Positions 49,501-62,020 of a stretch of DNA of 64,000 bases are shown in pieces (the stretch's first letter is position 1; each line of letters starts with the position of its first letter). Where the stretch lies: the NCBI GenBank assembly GCA_027604505.1, contig JADIIX010000068.1:1-64000 (forward strand), given 5' to 3'. A program made the translations under genes and the position numbers. This DNA comes from Gonapodya sp. JEL0774 (lineage: Eukaryota). Under the pieces are notes generated by a model. It did no database searches. It had not been told where the DNA came from and was given only the letters and a program-made list of their open reading frames with translations.

Positions 49501-51359
49501 TCAATCCTTATCATTGTTTTTTATTGCTCTTCTCAATCAAGAGATCATGGCTTCCCATAGGACTCGTTCTCTCCGAATGCATTTCCCCAGTCGACCCAAA
49601 CTCATGATGCTGCACCATCAGTAAATCTGGGTCGACAGCTCCTGGAGATAAGGGCGACTGCCGCCCCGTGAGCTCCACGTCGGCGAAGGCGTCCGTGAAG
49701 GACTCGATCTTCTTGTAGGCCTTTTTGGCGGCGCGGTATTGGTGAAGCTGGTGGACTTGGGAGGGTGCTTCGGTTACTGTGAAGGGGAAGAAGGTGCCGG
49801 GAGATCAGTCGGTGATATTTCCTTCGAACGACCCATGCAATCACGTACCGTCCTCGATTATGTCAGTCACGTTTATCGTGTCCTTTACGCCCGACCACAA
49901 CCTTGTCCTTCCTTCTTCCTTCACAAAGTCCCCATATCCGAAAGCTTTGACGTGTACTATGGGAGGATGGAAGATCGGACATAAACACACAAAGAAACGG
50001 TACGGTTCATGTCTCATACAGAGATGCACATACACATTCACAGATGTAAGAATCAACCGTACTCACAAAATGCCGCCACTACCATCTCCGCGCACACTAA
50101 AAAGCTTTGCACGGCGTCTGAAAGAGTTTCGGAAGTGACTCCAAACGATTCAGGCAGTGTCAACAATCCGCGGGAGTTCAGAACACCTTTGAGATGAAGG
50201 AACGGTGTCAGTTGAACGGCGTTTACCCACACACGGTTCTGCTAATTGCACAACCTAACACGTACCGAGCACCACCGACTGCCAGTACATGAAGAAAATG
50301 ACAAACTTGATCGCAATAAACTTGTAGAGGGGGCGGTAAGGTGCAAGTTCGTCGTGACACACGGTGTAGAAGACGACAAGGGCGTAGAGTGCAATACTAC
50401 AACTGAGAAACTGAAGAGTCCCGATCCAAAATGACGGGCTTGTGATAGACGTATCGTTGACGCAGAGCAAGCCGTTCGTCTCTAGACCGATGCTGACCAA
50501 GCATAAAACGATTTGGACGACAGCGTATTGGAGGGTCAAGAGCTGGCAGTTGAGGAGGAAGGCATGGCCTCTAGGGGAGTAGCGAAAGTAGCCGAAGGGG
50601 AATGGGTAAGAAAAGTCGGGTTTGTTGGCGAGGCGGCTATGTTGCACCTGAATGGGTGATGGGTGAGCAAAGGATGTGTTTATACAAAAGAGTCTTGATC
50701 TCACTTCATAAGTAGGACCCAGGTAGTGCAGCATCAATGTGTAGAAACTGTACAAGACAAAAGCCTCGTACATGTCCAGAATAATCGCCAAGTATGAAGC
50801 ATACCACGGCTGAACGGAAGTGATCTTTTTTCGCTTCTGTCTACGTGATGAGCGCGAGCGGCGTGCTCACATATCGAAATTCTATGCACGAAATGACCGA
50901 GTAAAGCGGTACCATAAGAAGAATTCTCACGATATATCGCTGGTAGAACGGTTCATTGTAGTTTTGGAAGTGTCTCCACTGTCATAAAGAGCCGGGCAAT
51001 TTTTCATTGGTACTGTTAGTTTGCACTGCAAGTTGGCGACGAATCTCGAGTGTGTCGAGTTCTGAGGGAGTGTCCGTCCAACTACTCACGATGAGATAGA
51101 TGCTCATGACAGTTGCCCATATGGAAAGCAATATTGTCACAATCCATAGTGCAAGGTGCAGCTTATATCTGGAATGGGAACGAGAGCGGATAAGAGGGGA
51201 GGTAGGCCGTGTGAGCACGAGATCAATTATAGCACTTGCGTGAGGGATAGGGGATCAGTCTCAAATGGATCAGGCCGAGATATGCAATCAGTTGAGTTGA
51301 TCATTGAAATTTTGTGTGAGAATGGGCAGAGTGATCACCGTTTTTGGTGTGATCGGCAT
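49501..51359 (-). CDS. TMEM184/organic solute transporter alpha family membrane protein
   Basis: Motifs QRYIVRILLMVPLYS, DMYEAFVLYSFY, LQYAVV, PLYKFIAIKFVIFFMYWQS and HVKAF. Confidence 0.88.
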
Positions 51360-51687
51360 GGGGTCTTCTGGCGAAGAACCAGGCAAAGGGAAAGAATGAC
51401 TCGGCACAAAGCACAGATCGGCACGACAAGAAAAAGCGAACTTGAAACCAAATCCATCCCAACCCAGGCGCCGACCATTCGCATGGCGCTCCATTTTTCC
51501 ATTCTCGAACACACTCCCGGCCTTTCCAATTCCGGGATCCCTGCTCTCGTGTCTGCCACTTTGTCACCGCCACGTCGGACGCAAACTAGGACTCTTCGTC
51601 ATTCTTCCTCCCTAGCACGCCAAAATCCCTCATCAAACGCCACAAAATCCTCCTCTATCTTTTTATCTCCGTCGTTTACGAGGCTTG

Positions 51688-53125
51688 ATGGCCGCTCCAG
51701 TGCCCTATTCCGGTTGGGAGTCCCGGCTCTCGGCGACAAACGTTTCCTCGCAGCAGATTCCACCAAGGAGGGCAATGGCCTCATCGGTGCTACAGTGAGC
51801 TTGACACTGCGTAGATTTGCCTTTTTTGCGTCTTCTCACGTCGGCACGACCTCGGGAATGGATTGGATGAATAGAGAGCACTCGCGACGACGGACTGGCT
51901 CGAAAGGAATCTGGGGCTTGTAGTACCCGTTGATGCCTCATTCCATCTCCCAACTGCTGGTCGGACAGCCGAAGATGAGTACAAAAAGTGCCACATAAAG
52001 GTGTGTACAGGAGAAGGGACGGTGGTTCTACACAGATGGGCCGACTCTCCTTCCCGCCAAACGGACTTACTCTGCTCTAGAACGCACGGTTTTTCGATAT
52101 CGAGACGATACGAGATACTAAAAGCCCATATCCACATATGCTACCGACGGCGGACGAGTTTGCAAAGTACATGGGTGGGTTGACATGTGACGTAGCTGAA
52201 TAGACTGCATTCTTGGAGACAAACCAATCAACACATCTGCTTTCAACAGGTGAACTCGGCATCTCAGATGAGGACCATGTTGTCGTGTATGATTCTGTGG
52301 GCATGTTTTCTTCGCCGCGAGTGTGGTGGATGCTAAAGGTGGGTTTCGCAGGAGTTGGCATATGCACCCGCGATGGCCTCGTTTTATCTCATGGAGATTC
52401 AAACTCATCGCTCTGGTAGGTGTTTGGGCACGATAAGGTATCGGTTCTTGATGGAGGCTTACCTAAATGGGTGAAGGAGGGGCGACCTGTCATTGACAAG
52501 GACACTAAAATCACAGTGAGTGCTCAATCATCTGGACGACTTCCAAGTGGATCTCATCTTATTTTATTATCATAGCCCAAATTCTACAAAGCGCACAAGC
52601 CCAACCCCAACATCTATGTCAACTACGAGACGATCCTCTCCGCTATCGCCAATCCCGAAAACGCCCCGCAAATCATCGATGCCCGGCCCCCATCCCGATT
52701 CAACGGACAGGCCCTCGAACCCCGAATCGGACTCCCCAGTGGTCACATCCCCAACTCGTTGAACGTTCCCAACACAGATCTGGTGGATGCCGCTACGGGA
52801 ACGCTCTTGTCCAAGGAGAAGTTGGCGGAACTGTTCAAGAGTAAAGGGGTGGATTTGGAAAAACCTATCATCACTACGTGTGGTGAGTTGGCTTTAGGGG
52901 AGAACATATGAGGCCGATCGGCCCCGGGTCACAAGTTGTTCACCAAATCCCACCGCCCATTCAGGTTCTGGTGTTACCGCGTGCTCCCTGCTCTTCGCCC
53001 TCGATCGCATCGGTGCGAAGAAAGTAAGCGTGTACGATGGTTCGTGGTCAGAATTTGCAGCTAGGGCGGATCAAGATGGCGTGAAGATTTTTGGCCGTGG
53101 TCCTGTTCGCACGTCGTACGAGTAA
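51688..53125 (+). CDS. TUM1: 3-mercaptopyruvate sulfurtransferase (tandem rhodanese), copy 1
   Basis: Motifs HIK|NARFFDI, PHMLP, SPRVWW, VLDGGLPKW, IDAR..RF.G..EPR, SGHIP, active site TC|GSGVTA and YDGSWSE. The start codon is uncertain. Confidence 0.92.
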
Positions 53126-53302
53126 ACAGGGGATTCCGTTTACTGTGTTTTGGTAGCATTTGAGATACATATATATAGCATTTGTATGGATTGTCAATGA
53201 CTAGCAAATTTCTGGCGCCATATATCTTCCACCATTTTGATTCCGTGTGCCCAGTGTCCACACATAAAATGCCTGTGAAAATTCATCCCCAGACTTACAT
53301 CA

Positions 53303-54700
53303 ATGTCAACAGTGAGAGATACCACAATGTCACCCTTTAGCGATTCATTCGTGGCGTTCTGATCGCCCCCCTTGTGAAAAAGCCCGATCTGGTTACAGTC
53401 TCCTGGCTGAACGAGCACAAGGATCAGGTCGTGATCCTTGACGGAACCTACCATTCTTTGCTGAGAGATGCAGAAGCGGAATTTAAGCAATCGCACATCA
53501 AGGTGAGAGGGGGGTTGGATGCTGATGGTTTTCGCTGGGGATGTGATGGTCGACGTGACATTGGCGATTGCGTTGTCAAAGAACGCACGGTTTTTCAACA
53601 TCGACGAAGTCAAAGACAGAGCGAATCCATTTCCTCACATGGTCCCCGACGCTCAAGTATTCTCGCAGGATGTCTGTGAGTTTGCTGTCGATGAGGTTCG
53701 GGCCTGTATTCCCCGACCGAGCTTACACCCTCACCACACACACACATCAAGCCGCACTCGGGATCTCAAACTCAGACCACATTGTAGTGTATGATACCTA
53801 TGGGATTCTCACCTCGCCTCGAGTGTGGTGGCTTTTTAAGATTTTCGGGCACGAAAAGGTCTCGGTGTTGGACGGCGGCTTGCCAGGATGGATCCAGGCA
53901 GGGCTTCCGGTGACGGCAGAGGTCGACGAAATAAAAGTGTGTGAACGGATTTCTGAAATCTTCGAAAGGGATGTGATGATTTGTAGATGTTGATGGTGTG
54001 GTTTTGATAGCCCAGTACCTTCGTTGCAAAAACGCCCGACGCGGGGAGGGTCATCAAGGTGCAGTGACCCATACACCAGACCAATTTCGTGCAGTGTTCG
54101 CCATTACTGACCTTCCGCGTCTCGTTTTCTATTTTGAAAGTACCCAACCGTTCTCTCCTACGTTTCGAACCCCGAATCCGCACCACAACTCGTTGACGCT
54201 CGACCAACAACTCGCTTCCATGGCGAATCATTGGAGCCTCGCGTGGGCATTCCTTCCGGCCATATTCCGACATCCCTCAACACCCCGCTGGTTTCAGTTG
54301 TCGATCAAGAAACAGGAAAATTGCATTCACCTACCAAGCTCAAAGAAATATTTGAGTCCAGTGGGGTTGATTTGAAGAAACCTATCGTGGCTACATGTGG
54401 TGCGTTGATATGTTTCTGGCGTGTTTTGTGAATAATCTAGTCAGACCTTCGGCATGCCATTGCAGGATCCGGAGTGACTGCGTGTGGTCTCGTCTTGGCG
54501 CTTGACCTTCTTGGAGTGAAGGATGTTCCTGTTTATGATGGTTCGTGGATCACACTCTATGTCTTGTGGACGTTGATTATATATATTTCACATATTTATC
54601 AAACTCAGGCTCATTCACTGAATATGTCACGCGTGCGGAAGCTGATGGCTTTCAAATCGCCAAAAAAGGGCCAGTGCGGCAGTCTGTACATGATAAATAG
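53303..54700 (+). CDS. TUM1: 3-mercaptopyruvate sulfurtransferase (tandem rhodanese), copy 2
   Basis: Same motif set as copy 1: HIK|NARFFNI, PHMVP, SPRVWW, VLDGGLPGW, SGHIP, ATC|GSGVTA and YDG|SFTEY. Confidence 0.9.
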
Positions 54701-55011
54701 AACGTAATATGTAAATGTAAATGAGCAACCCAATTGTGGTGAGGCAAAGCATAAAATACATGAGGCAGATAAGGTTTTATGAAAAATTTGCGTCATATCA
54801 GCGTCACATGACCCAAACCCTCGGGACCCTTCCACCCAACAGACCGAGTACCGCCCCACCCCCCACCCCCCCCCTCTCCCCCCTCTCCATCTGTCGGCGT
54901 CGTGCGACCTGTACAAAGGCACGCTCAGCTTTCTCTTTGAGACCGGAGACGATTGGCTCGCTGACGGAGCAGAGACACATCAAAGCGCAAGCGCAAATTT
55001 GAATCCATCGA

Positions 55012-58005
55012 ATGGCAATCCACCCTTCGTTGGATCAAAATGGCGTCCCTGCATCACTCATGATCGTCGGAGGCTTCACTGTACTATTTTCTTTCGTGTC
55101 CATGATTGTCAAGGAACGGCTGTTCATCTCCCAACCTCTCCTTGCGACCGCTTGCGGCATCATTTTCGGACCCTTGGCTCTCAACGTCTGGAACCCATTC
55201 TCGTGGAGTGATGGAGCGTGGCTGACTGTGGTGCGGCAATTTGGAGCGTGCATCCTCGCTATTCAGTGAGCATGGTATCGAGACGGATTCGAAGTACCAC
55301 AACTGACTCTCATCGAACCACAGAATATTCGCCAGTACCCTACCCTTCACCAAGCGCTGGTGGGAAGAAAATTGGTCCACGTTGTTCGTCATGTTGCTGC
55401 CTGTGTCGTTCTACATGTGGTTGGCGACAAGTCTCTTGGGTGAGCGCCGTGGCAAAAACGAAATCTCCAATCCTACAATGAATTAATAACCCTTGTTCTG
55501 GTTCACAAGTCTGGGGCATTGTTGGCTGCAGCCTTGTGAACGCTCTTGCTATCGGTGCGGCACTAACCCCCACGGAGTAAGTATTTTGGTGTGAAGCAAT
55601 TCTCCCCGTTGCATTTAACAGTTCTGTGCTTGTCCCCAGTCCGATTCTGGCAAACAGCATAGTGAAAGGGAGATTCGCAGACATGCATGTGTCTAGGGCG
55701 GTTCAGGAACTTCTGTCGGTGGAAAGGTGGTTAGCCGATCCCCTGCCCTTTGCTTCCTGTTTTTGCTGAGCATTCCTCATTCACTTAGTGGTGGCAATGA
55801 CGCAGTTGCAATTCCCTACTTCTCACTCGGTTTGTTCTTGGTTGAATACTACTTCACCAAGCTACCGGCGTCCGAAGTGGAAGAATTGAATCATGTGGCA
55901 GAGAAACTGAGTTTCCCGCACGAGTACTTTGAAGACCATCACTACAGCTATTCCTCCCCTAGTAACGTTGTCCTCCAGTGGTTCCTCAGCGGCATATTGT
56001 ACGAGGTCATTCTGGCTGTCATTCTGGGCTTCCTGTTCGGATACGGTGCACGATGGCTCTTGGAGAAGAGCGAGGAACGAAACTGGATCGATGAAGAAAG
56101 CATGTTAGCGTTCTCTATCGCCCTGTCTCTTCTCGTCTTAGGCGTAGCTGACATACTGGGGCTCGCGAGCTTTTTCGCCGTCTTCGTGGCAGGGTTGAGC
56201 TTCGCGTGGGACGGGTACGAAAACCTTGATGAATGGCTGTGATGACTACAACACGATCTTAACCCCTATCATGCAAAGGTGGTTTGCCGACCAAACGAAA
56301 AACACCCAACTTCAAGAAGTTATTGATATGCTCCTCTCCACGGCGTTCTTTATATACTTTGGTAAGTGCTGGTGCTCTTTTTACTGAGAGAACCAACTGA
56401 ATATGCCCTGCCCTCCCAGGGACCACAATTCCATTCGCCTCATTCAATACTTCCGAGCTCCCCATCTGGCGCCTTCTTTTGCTGTCCCTTGCGCTCCTTT
56501 TCCTCCGACGTGTTCCCGCTGTGGTCGCTGCTTACCCATTACTGCGAAGGCTGAACAATCGTCACGAAGCCTACTTCGTCGGATGGTTTGCGCCGATTGG
56601 AGTTGGTGCATTGTGGTACGCTGCCTACGCGGTTGAGGCTGGCGCTGTGGATCCAGTGATGATACCAGTAGTTTGGTGGATGGTCCTAACTTCGTTAGTT
56701 GTCCATGGGGCGAGGTACGTGAGAGATAGTAGCAGGCGAGGCCACAGTACCACCAAGCATCGACTTACCCACACATTCTCGATTCTGCTCGTTTGGTTTT
56801 GACCAACTTCAGTGTACCTTTCGTTCATCTTGTGAGTATCAAGAGCCAAATTTCTGTCGTTGCGCTTCGACCACTCCACTCTGTGTTATCCCTTTACGTA
56901 GTCGATTCTTGCAGCCAGTCGCTCTCGCGACCCTTCATTTGCCACTCCTCGTGGACCAGCGGGATGGACGGGTGGTCGACTCAACATTAGCGCTCCAATA
57001 TTGGGGGCTCGTCCACCATCCCTGCACCGACCCAGCCACGATTCTTCGGGCGATGCAACAAGAGCGGCTAAAACCGACGACAGTGGCGATGGTGTCTTGG
57101 AACATAGCAAGCATGGGATCTCGCGTTTCAGTCGAGCTTCGTCTGATGCGGGCAGTGTCATCCCGCCCTCGTTTATTGCTGACGATTTGGATGATGATGA
57201 CGTGCCCCCAGAGCTGCTCGGTCATGGAATCCCATTCCCTGGTCGTGGGGATACCACCATGTCACTTTCGCTGCCTCCGCTAGGTCTCCATCGAACTTTT
57301 ACAGCCGATGAAAAAAGTGTGAGAATTGATGCCGATCCGACAGCGGCGGAGCAGTATCCACAACAGGGAGGAGTGTTTAGACCCTATGGTGGGAGGTCGA
57401 TTCGGTTCGTGGATATGGAAGACGAAATACCTGACAGTCAGATTCACGGAACGGGATTACAACTGGTTGTTAGTGGTGATGGAGGGGACGACGGAGATTT
57501 CGACGGGGATGTCTCGAGGGGTCGTGAGCGATGGTCGCGATCAAGTAGAGAGATGAGGAGAAACGACAATACTCCAACCAGGAGCCGCAATATCAGCGCA
57601 TCTCGCACCGGATCGAGAAGCGTGGACAGGACAGTGGATCGGGGAACACAGTCTGGGTGGAGAGTTTTACCAGCGTTACGCAATCTCTTCCGATCCCGGA
57701 CGGAGGATCTCCCCGCAACCACAGAGGGTGACGAAGAAGTACAGCCACATCTTGAAGGGATTATGGTTGGTGGTGGTGGCGTGTCCATTGTTGGAGACGG
57801 AGATGGAGACCAGTGGAATGACTCAGCGACGAGCGGTGCAGAATCTCATCTTGGGATGGGGAGTTCCAATACTGTAGTGGACATGGGTTTTGTGAGCGGG
57901 AGTGGAAATGACTCACCGGAGATGCTTGTACCAAGCACTCCTTCAGCGCCAGCACCAACACTACCACAGGACGACGACTGCGCTGGACAATTAAACGGCA
58001 AATGA
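55012..58005 (+). CDS. NHA1: Fungal plasma-membrane Na+(K+)/H+ antiporter, NHA1/SOD2 family, with long hydrophilic tail
   Basis: Motifs FSFVSMIVKERLFISQP, GIIFGP, TPTD|PILANS, VE|SGGND, IDEES, LRRVP, FVGWFAPIGVGA and SLVVHG. Confidence 0.88.
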
Positions 58006-58519
58006 TTTTGTAATCTACATCTGTTTTGTACATATCAAAGCACACGTTAATAAGCATGGGTATAAATTAGAGTCAAATGTAAACCACTCTGCAACACATC
58101 TTTTCTCTTTCGAATGCCCACCATTCCCCACCTGACCCAATCCGCCTTCGAGACTAAGTAGCAATTGTTAAGAGCAACGCTCAAAGAGAACAAAAGTCCA
58201 TGACAGCAGTCTCCGTAGTTGGCCCGTTCGTTGGTGGAACGAACGAGACAAATACTATCAGTGGATCCCGACCATTTTATAGAAGAAACTGAATGAACTA
58301 TCGATTTATCGGCCGATCTCGTCAAAAATGCAAAACCGTTGGTGTGCGGGCGAGTTCCGTCACCTTGAGTGAGGCGTCTCAGGGGTCACAGTGACTTCTT
58401 CATTGGCTTAATTTCAAATTCTGAGGAAAAACTTCACCGCAGTGAAGCAGAAGAATGTGGTGAACAGAGAACACGCAGGCACTTAATCATTTTGACCCCA
58501 ACATCAATCCCTCTACTCT

Positions 58520-58871
58520 CCGGGCCGACGGGATGGCTCAGACGTGAGATTCCTGTTGGATTCCGACGCTGGCAAAGAGGAGTCAGCCCTGCGATTCCAG
58601 TGAGTTGTTGCCGCTGAATCCGACCAAACCCCCCCGTCGGGAGACTCCCCGGGCCGACGGGACGGCTCAGCCCTGCGATTCCAGTGAGTTGTTGCCGCTG
58701 AATCCGACCAAACCCCCCCGTCGGGAGACTCCCCGGGGCCGGCGGGACGGCTCAGCCCTGCGATTCCTGTTGGGTTCCAACCTCGGCAAGGAAGAAGGGC
58801 AACCCAATCCGACCAAACCCCCCCGTCGGGAGACTCCCCGGGCCGACGGGACGGCTCAGCCCTGCGATTCC
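58520..58871. repeat. Modular GC-rich tandem array: three near-identical ~66-bp palindromic units plus partial units, separated by two spacer types
   Basis: Unit AATCCGACCAAACCCCCCCGTCGGGAGACTCCCCGGGCCGACGGGACGGCTCAGCCCTGCGATTCC occurs at 58617, 58701 and 58806, with partial copies at 58520 and 58583. Confidence 0.92.
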
Positions 58872-60574
58872 CAAGTGCCGCTGGGAGCCACTGCAACCGA
58901 GATGAATGAGCAGTTCGATGAAGTTCGACCAGGCCTTGCAGCAGTACGAAAGCGATTCCAGACACAATCAATCAGTGAATTTCCGTAAGTCGACCGTTGT
59001 TCAAAGAACATGCATAGACTTAGAAAATATGCAGAGCTTACCAGGTGTTACGATCGTGTTAGGTACTGGTATGGTTCGCAGGCACGAACATATGCATCAA
59101 GAAGACCCGACAAGGAGGGATTGTCGCAAATTAGAAGAGGACGAGCAACAGAAACAGCACACCCGTTTCTGCTCTCATTCCCACCTGAGCGATGTTCGAG
59201 AATTACGAAGAAAGGGAACGTGCCAAATGCAGCGATAGTATACAATCAAGATGTCAGTCAACTGCACGCGTTGCAATAGAATGGAGAGTTCCCGCTTCCA
59301 ACTCCGAACATGTCCACTTCAGAGACTCACTCTTGACGCCGATACAGTTTACGAATCACATCGCCTGCGGAACAGGGTAAGGGAAAGACGCCATAAGATA
59401 CATAAGCTACTGGGTACGTTGCAATAACAAACCAGTGGATGCGTAGCAGTCCGTACGAAATGACTCACGGGGTTCGTCTCCGGTTTCAATGGAATTCACG
59501 TTCAGTCGCTGAGAGAGGGTTGTTCAGAGAGAAAGAAGCGACAGGTCAGCGCTTCTACCGTCGACGGCAGACACTGCGCGGCTTTCTTAAAAAGTCCCTG
59601 CTCCCCGAAACACCGCCGCAAGAATGTCTCGCGCGTTCAGGCAGAGCGCCGCTGCTGCGACTCCAGTTGCAGACCATTGACGCCAGCTCACCGTGAAAGC
59701 ACGCTGGAGTTCACTCATACTCAGGCAGAGTATAGCATCGCCTGTAAATAGTCGAAAAGTTGTGCTGGAATTGTTGGAGTGAAATATTTTGGAAACGAGG
59801 AATGTTGCGACTCCTGGCCCAGTTTTGGCTCAAGTGTGGCTCAGCACGCGTGACCCTTTAGCTTTCCAGTTTCACGTTCAAAATTGCATTTTAAATTGCA
59901 CAAGCGCTCGGCTGTCTAAATATCAACAGTACGTCGCTGAGCTTTATGTACTTGCGTGATTGCCGCTTTTCCCGCGGGATTCCGTGCTTTCTATGTCAGC
60001 ATAACTCTTATCTCTTGTAGACAAGACACCTTGCGTTGACGCATATACTTGTTGCTTGTACACATGTACATTTTATACGAATGCGAAGACCTGAGCAGAG
60101 GCTGGTGCTCGTGCTTCTCATGCCTGAAATTGTGGGCACGGGTGTTAGAAGAGTTTTCCGTATCGAATTTGGTGACTGTAAATGAAGGGAACGTTCATCA
60201 GTGACAGAAACAAAGTAGCCCTCACACTACTGTTTTAGTACCGATTTCGGACCGAACAGAACCCCGTTTGAAGATGCCCTAGGTTCGTGGATTTCGTCCG
60301 CAAGACAGAATATGACCTCTCCCGCTTGCATCCCAGTTTGTTCACATGTCTGCTGTCGTGGAAAGAGATCAGTGAGTCCCGGAAAGGATCGAGAACAATT
60401 CAGCTGGCAGGCGTACGCACACCTAGGTTTCGCCACAATTCACAGGTTTGGTGGGAGGGATTTGCACAAATTGAATGCTGAGGTATAGTTCAAAGCTCTT
60501 TCAGAGCATGAGGCTAAGTGCACCCACCACTCGGATTATTTTGGCCGACTCACCTGCCGTTCAACCACCACCAG

Positions 60575-61869
60575 ATGGGCAAACCAAGCGAAACTGAAAT
60601 TCAAGTTGGCGGGTGAGGCAAAACGAAGGACGTGCGTCTCCTCTGTCTTAAGGTCTCCTTATCTTCGGTCTGGGTGTTCAAGACTCGCAGTCAGCGTTTT
60701 CGGGCTCAAGGAGTTGCAAGATTTGAAATCAAGACGCATAATCGCAGTGATTGTCTGCCACGGGCGAACGCAGAACAAAGATGCCGTACGGTTCCTCTGC
60801 CAGCAGCTCGCGGCACCCAGCAATCGGAATGTTGCATGCCTTGCCGTGTCTTTCGACCAACGAAACCACGGAACGAGGTACGTGAAACCCATATTTGGTT
60901 GACAAAACGCACTCACTGAGAGCTTTTTGCACCATTGATTGTATTCAGGCTTCTGAACAATGATAGAAACGGGGATTGGCGGGCTGGCAATGATTCGCAT
61001 GCACTCGACATGTTTTCGATTCGTACGTACCGACAACAAAATTCTGTTCATTTCCTGCTCGTTGGTTCTCATCCATTGTTTCTTCAGAGTACGGTACGGC
61101 GTGCGATGTCTCCAACCTCATCGACGTTCTACCTGCTTTCCTTCGACTGACAATTGATGACTGGGGTATTATGGGAGTGAGTCTTGGTGGACACGCGTCC
61201 TTTTTGTCGTTGGTACGAGGTGAGATGAGGATATCGCGAGCCGTCACAAAATTTTCTCCGTAATTCTACGCAATTCCATCAATCCATCCACAACACAGAC
61301 GAGCGAATCAGTGTTGCCGTCCCGATAATTGGATGCGCAGATTACGAGACGCTCATGACAGGACGCGCCGCCGGCTTAAAGCCTGAACATATTTCCCGAG
61401 TCCCCTCTGCTGCAACCTTCAAATCCCCCCAGTTTCTCGATATGCTTCGGCGCCTTGACCCCGTTCACAACCTCCACAAGTTGGCGGGTCGAGACGGGAA
61501 GCCACGGCCGGTGTGTTTCGTGGTGGGCGGGAAGGACCGGCTGGTGCCGTGGAAAACTTCCCAAAAGTGGCTAGACGGGGCAAAGGAGGTGTACCATGGG
61601 GACTTTGCGGACAGGTTTACAGTGAGTCTCGCGTGAATAAGAAAATCGTAGTACCAACTCTGACACTAGTAAATAATAACCCAGTTCCACATCGAAGCCG
61701 ATGCCGGCCACGTGAGTACTGAATGACATCGCTACGTTAAATCAAAGTTGACAAACCTATGTCGATCATGTTCGTGTTAAACTTCTAGGAGGTCACACCT
61801 AACATGGCTCGAGTAGCTACAGAATTTGTATGGAAGTTTCTCCCACCCGCGTCAGAGGCAAAACTCTAG
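60575..61869 (+). CDS. Alpha/beta hydrolase (esterase-like), multi-exon
   Basis: Motifs CHGR, FDQRNHG, nucleophile elbow GVSLGG, GGKDRLVP and AGH|EVT (Ser-Asp-His triad). Confidence 0.85.
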
Positions 61870-62020
61870 TTTGTCTTGTAGTGCAATTGTATTTCAAAAC
61901 TGTTCATACGACTCGATCCAAAACAAGCCTTTAAATAGATTCATCGCATTACATGCTACCTGGAGAAACAGAATCGGAGGTATCCAAGTGTACGTAAAAC
62001 GTCGGAGTTGAGCTTGGATA

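Noticed and set aside
58520..58871. CRISPR array interpretation of the palindromic repeat
   Set aside because: The repeat is too long (~66 bp), the spacers are reused and unequal in length, there are no cas genes, and the context is eukaryotic.
58520..58871. Hammerhead or HDV-like ribozyme in the repeat unit
   Set aside because: No CUGAnGA/GAAA core or HDV-like nested pseudoknot pattern could be found by eye on either strand.
58900..59700. Possible transposase remnant beside the repeat array
   Set aside because: Only short ORFs are present, with no convincing DDE, RT or hAT motif.
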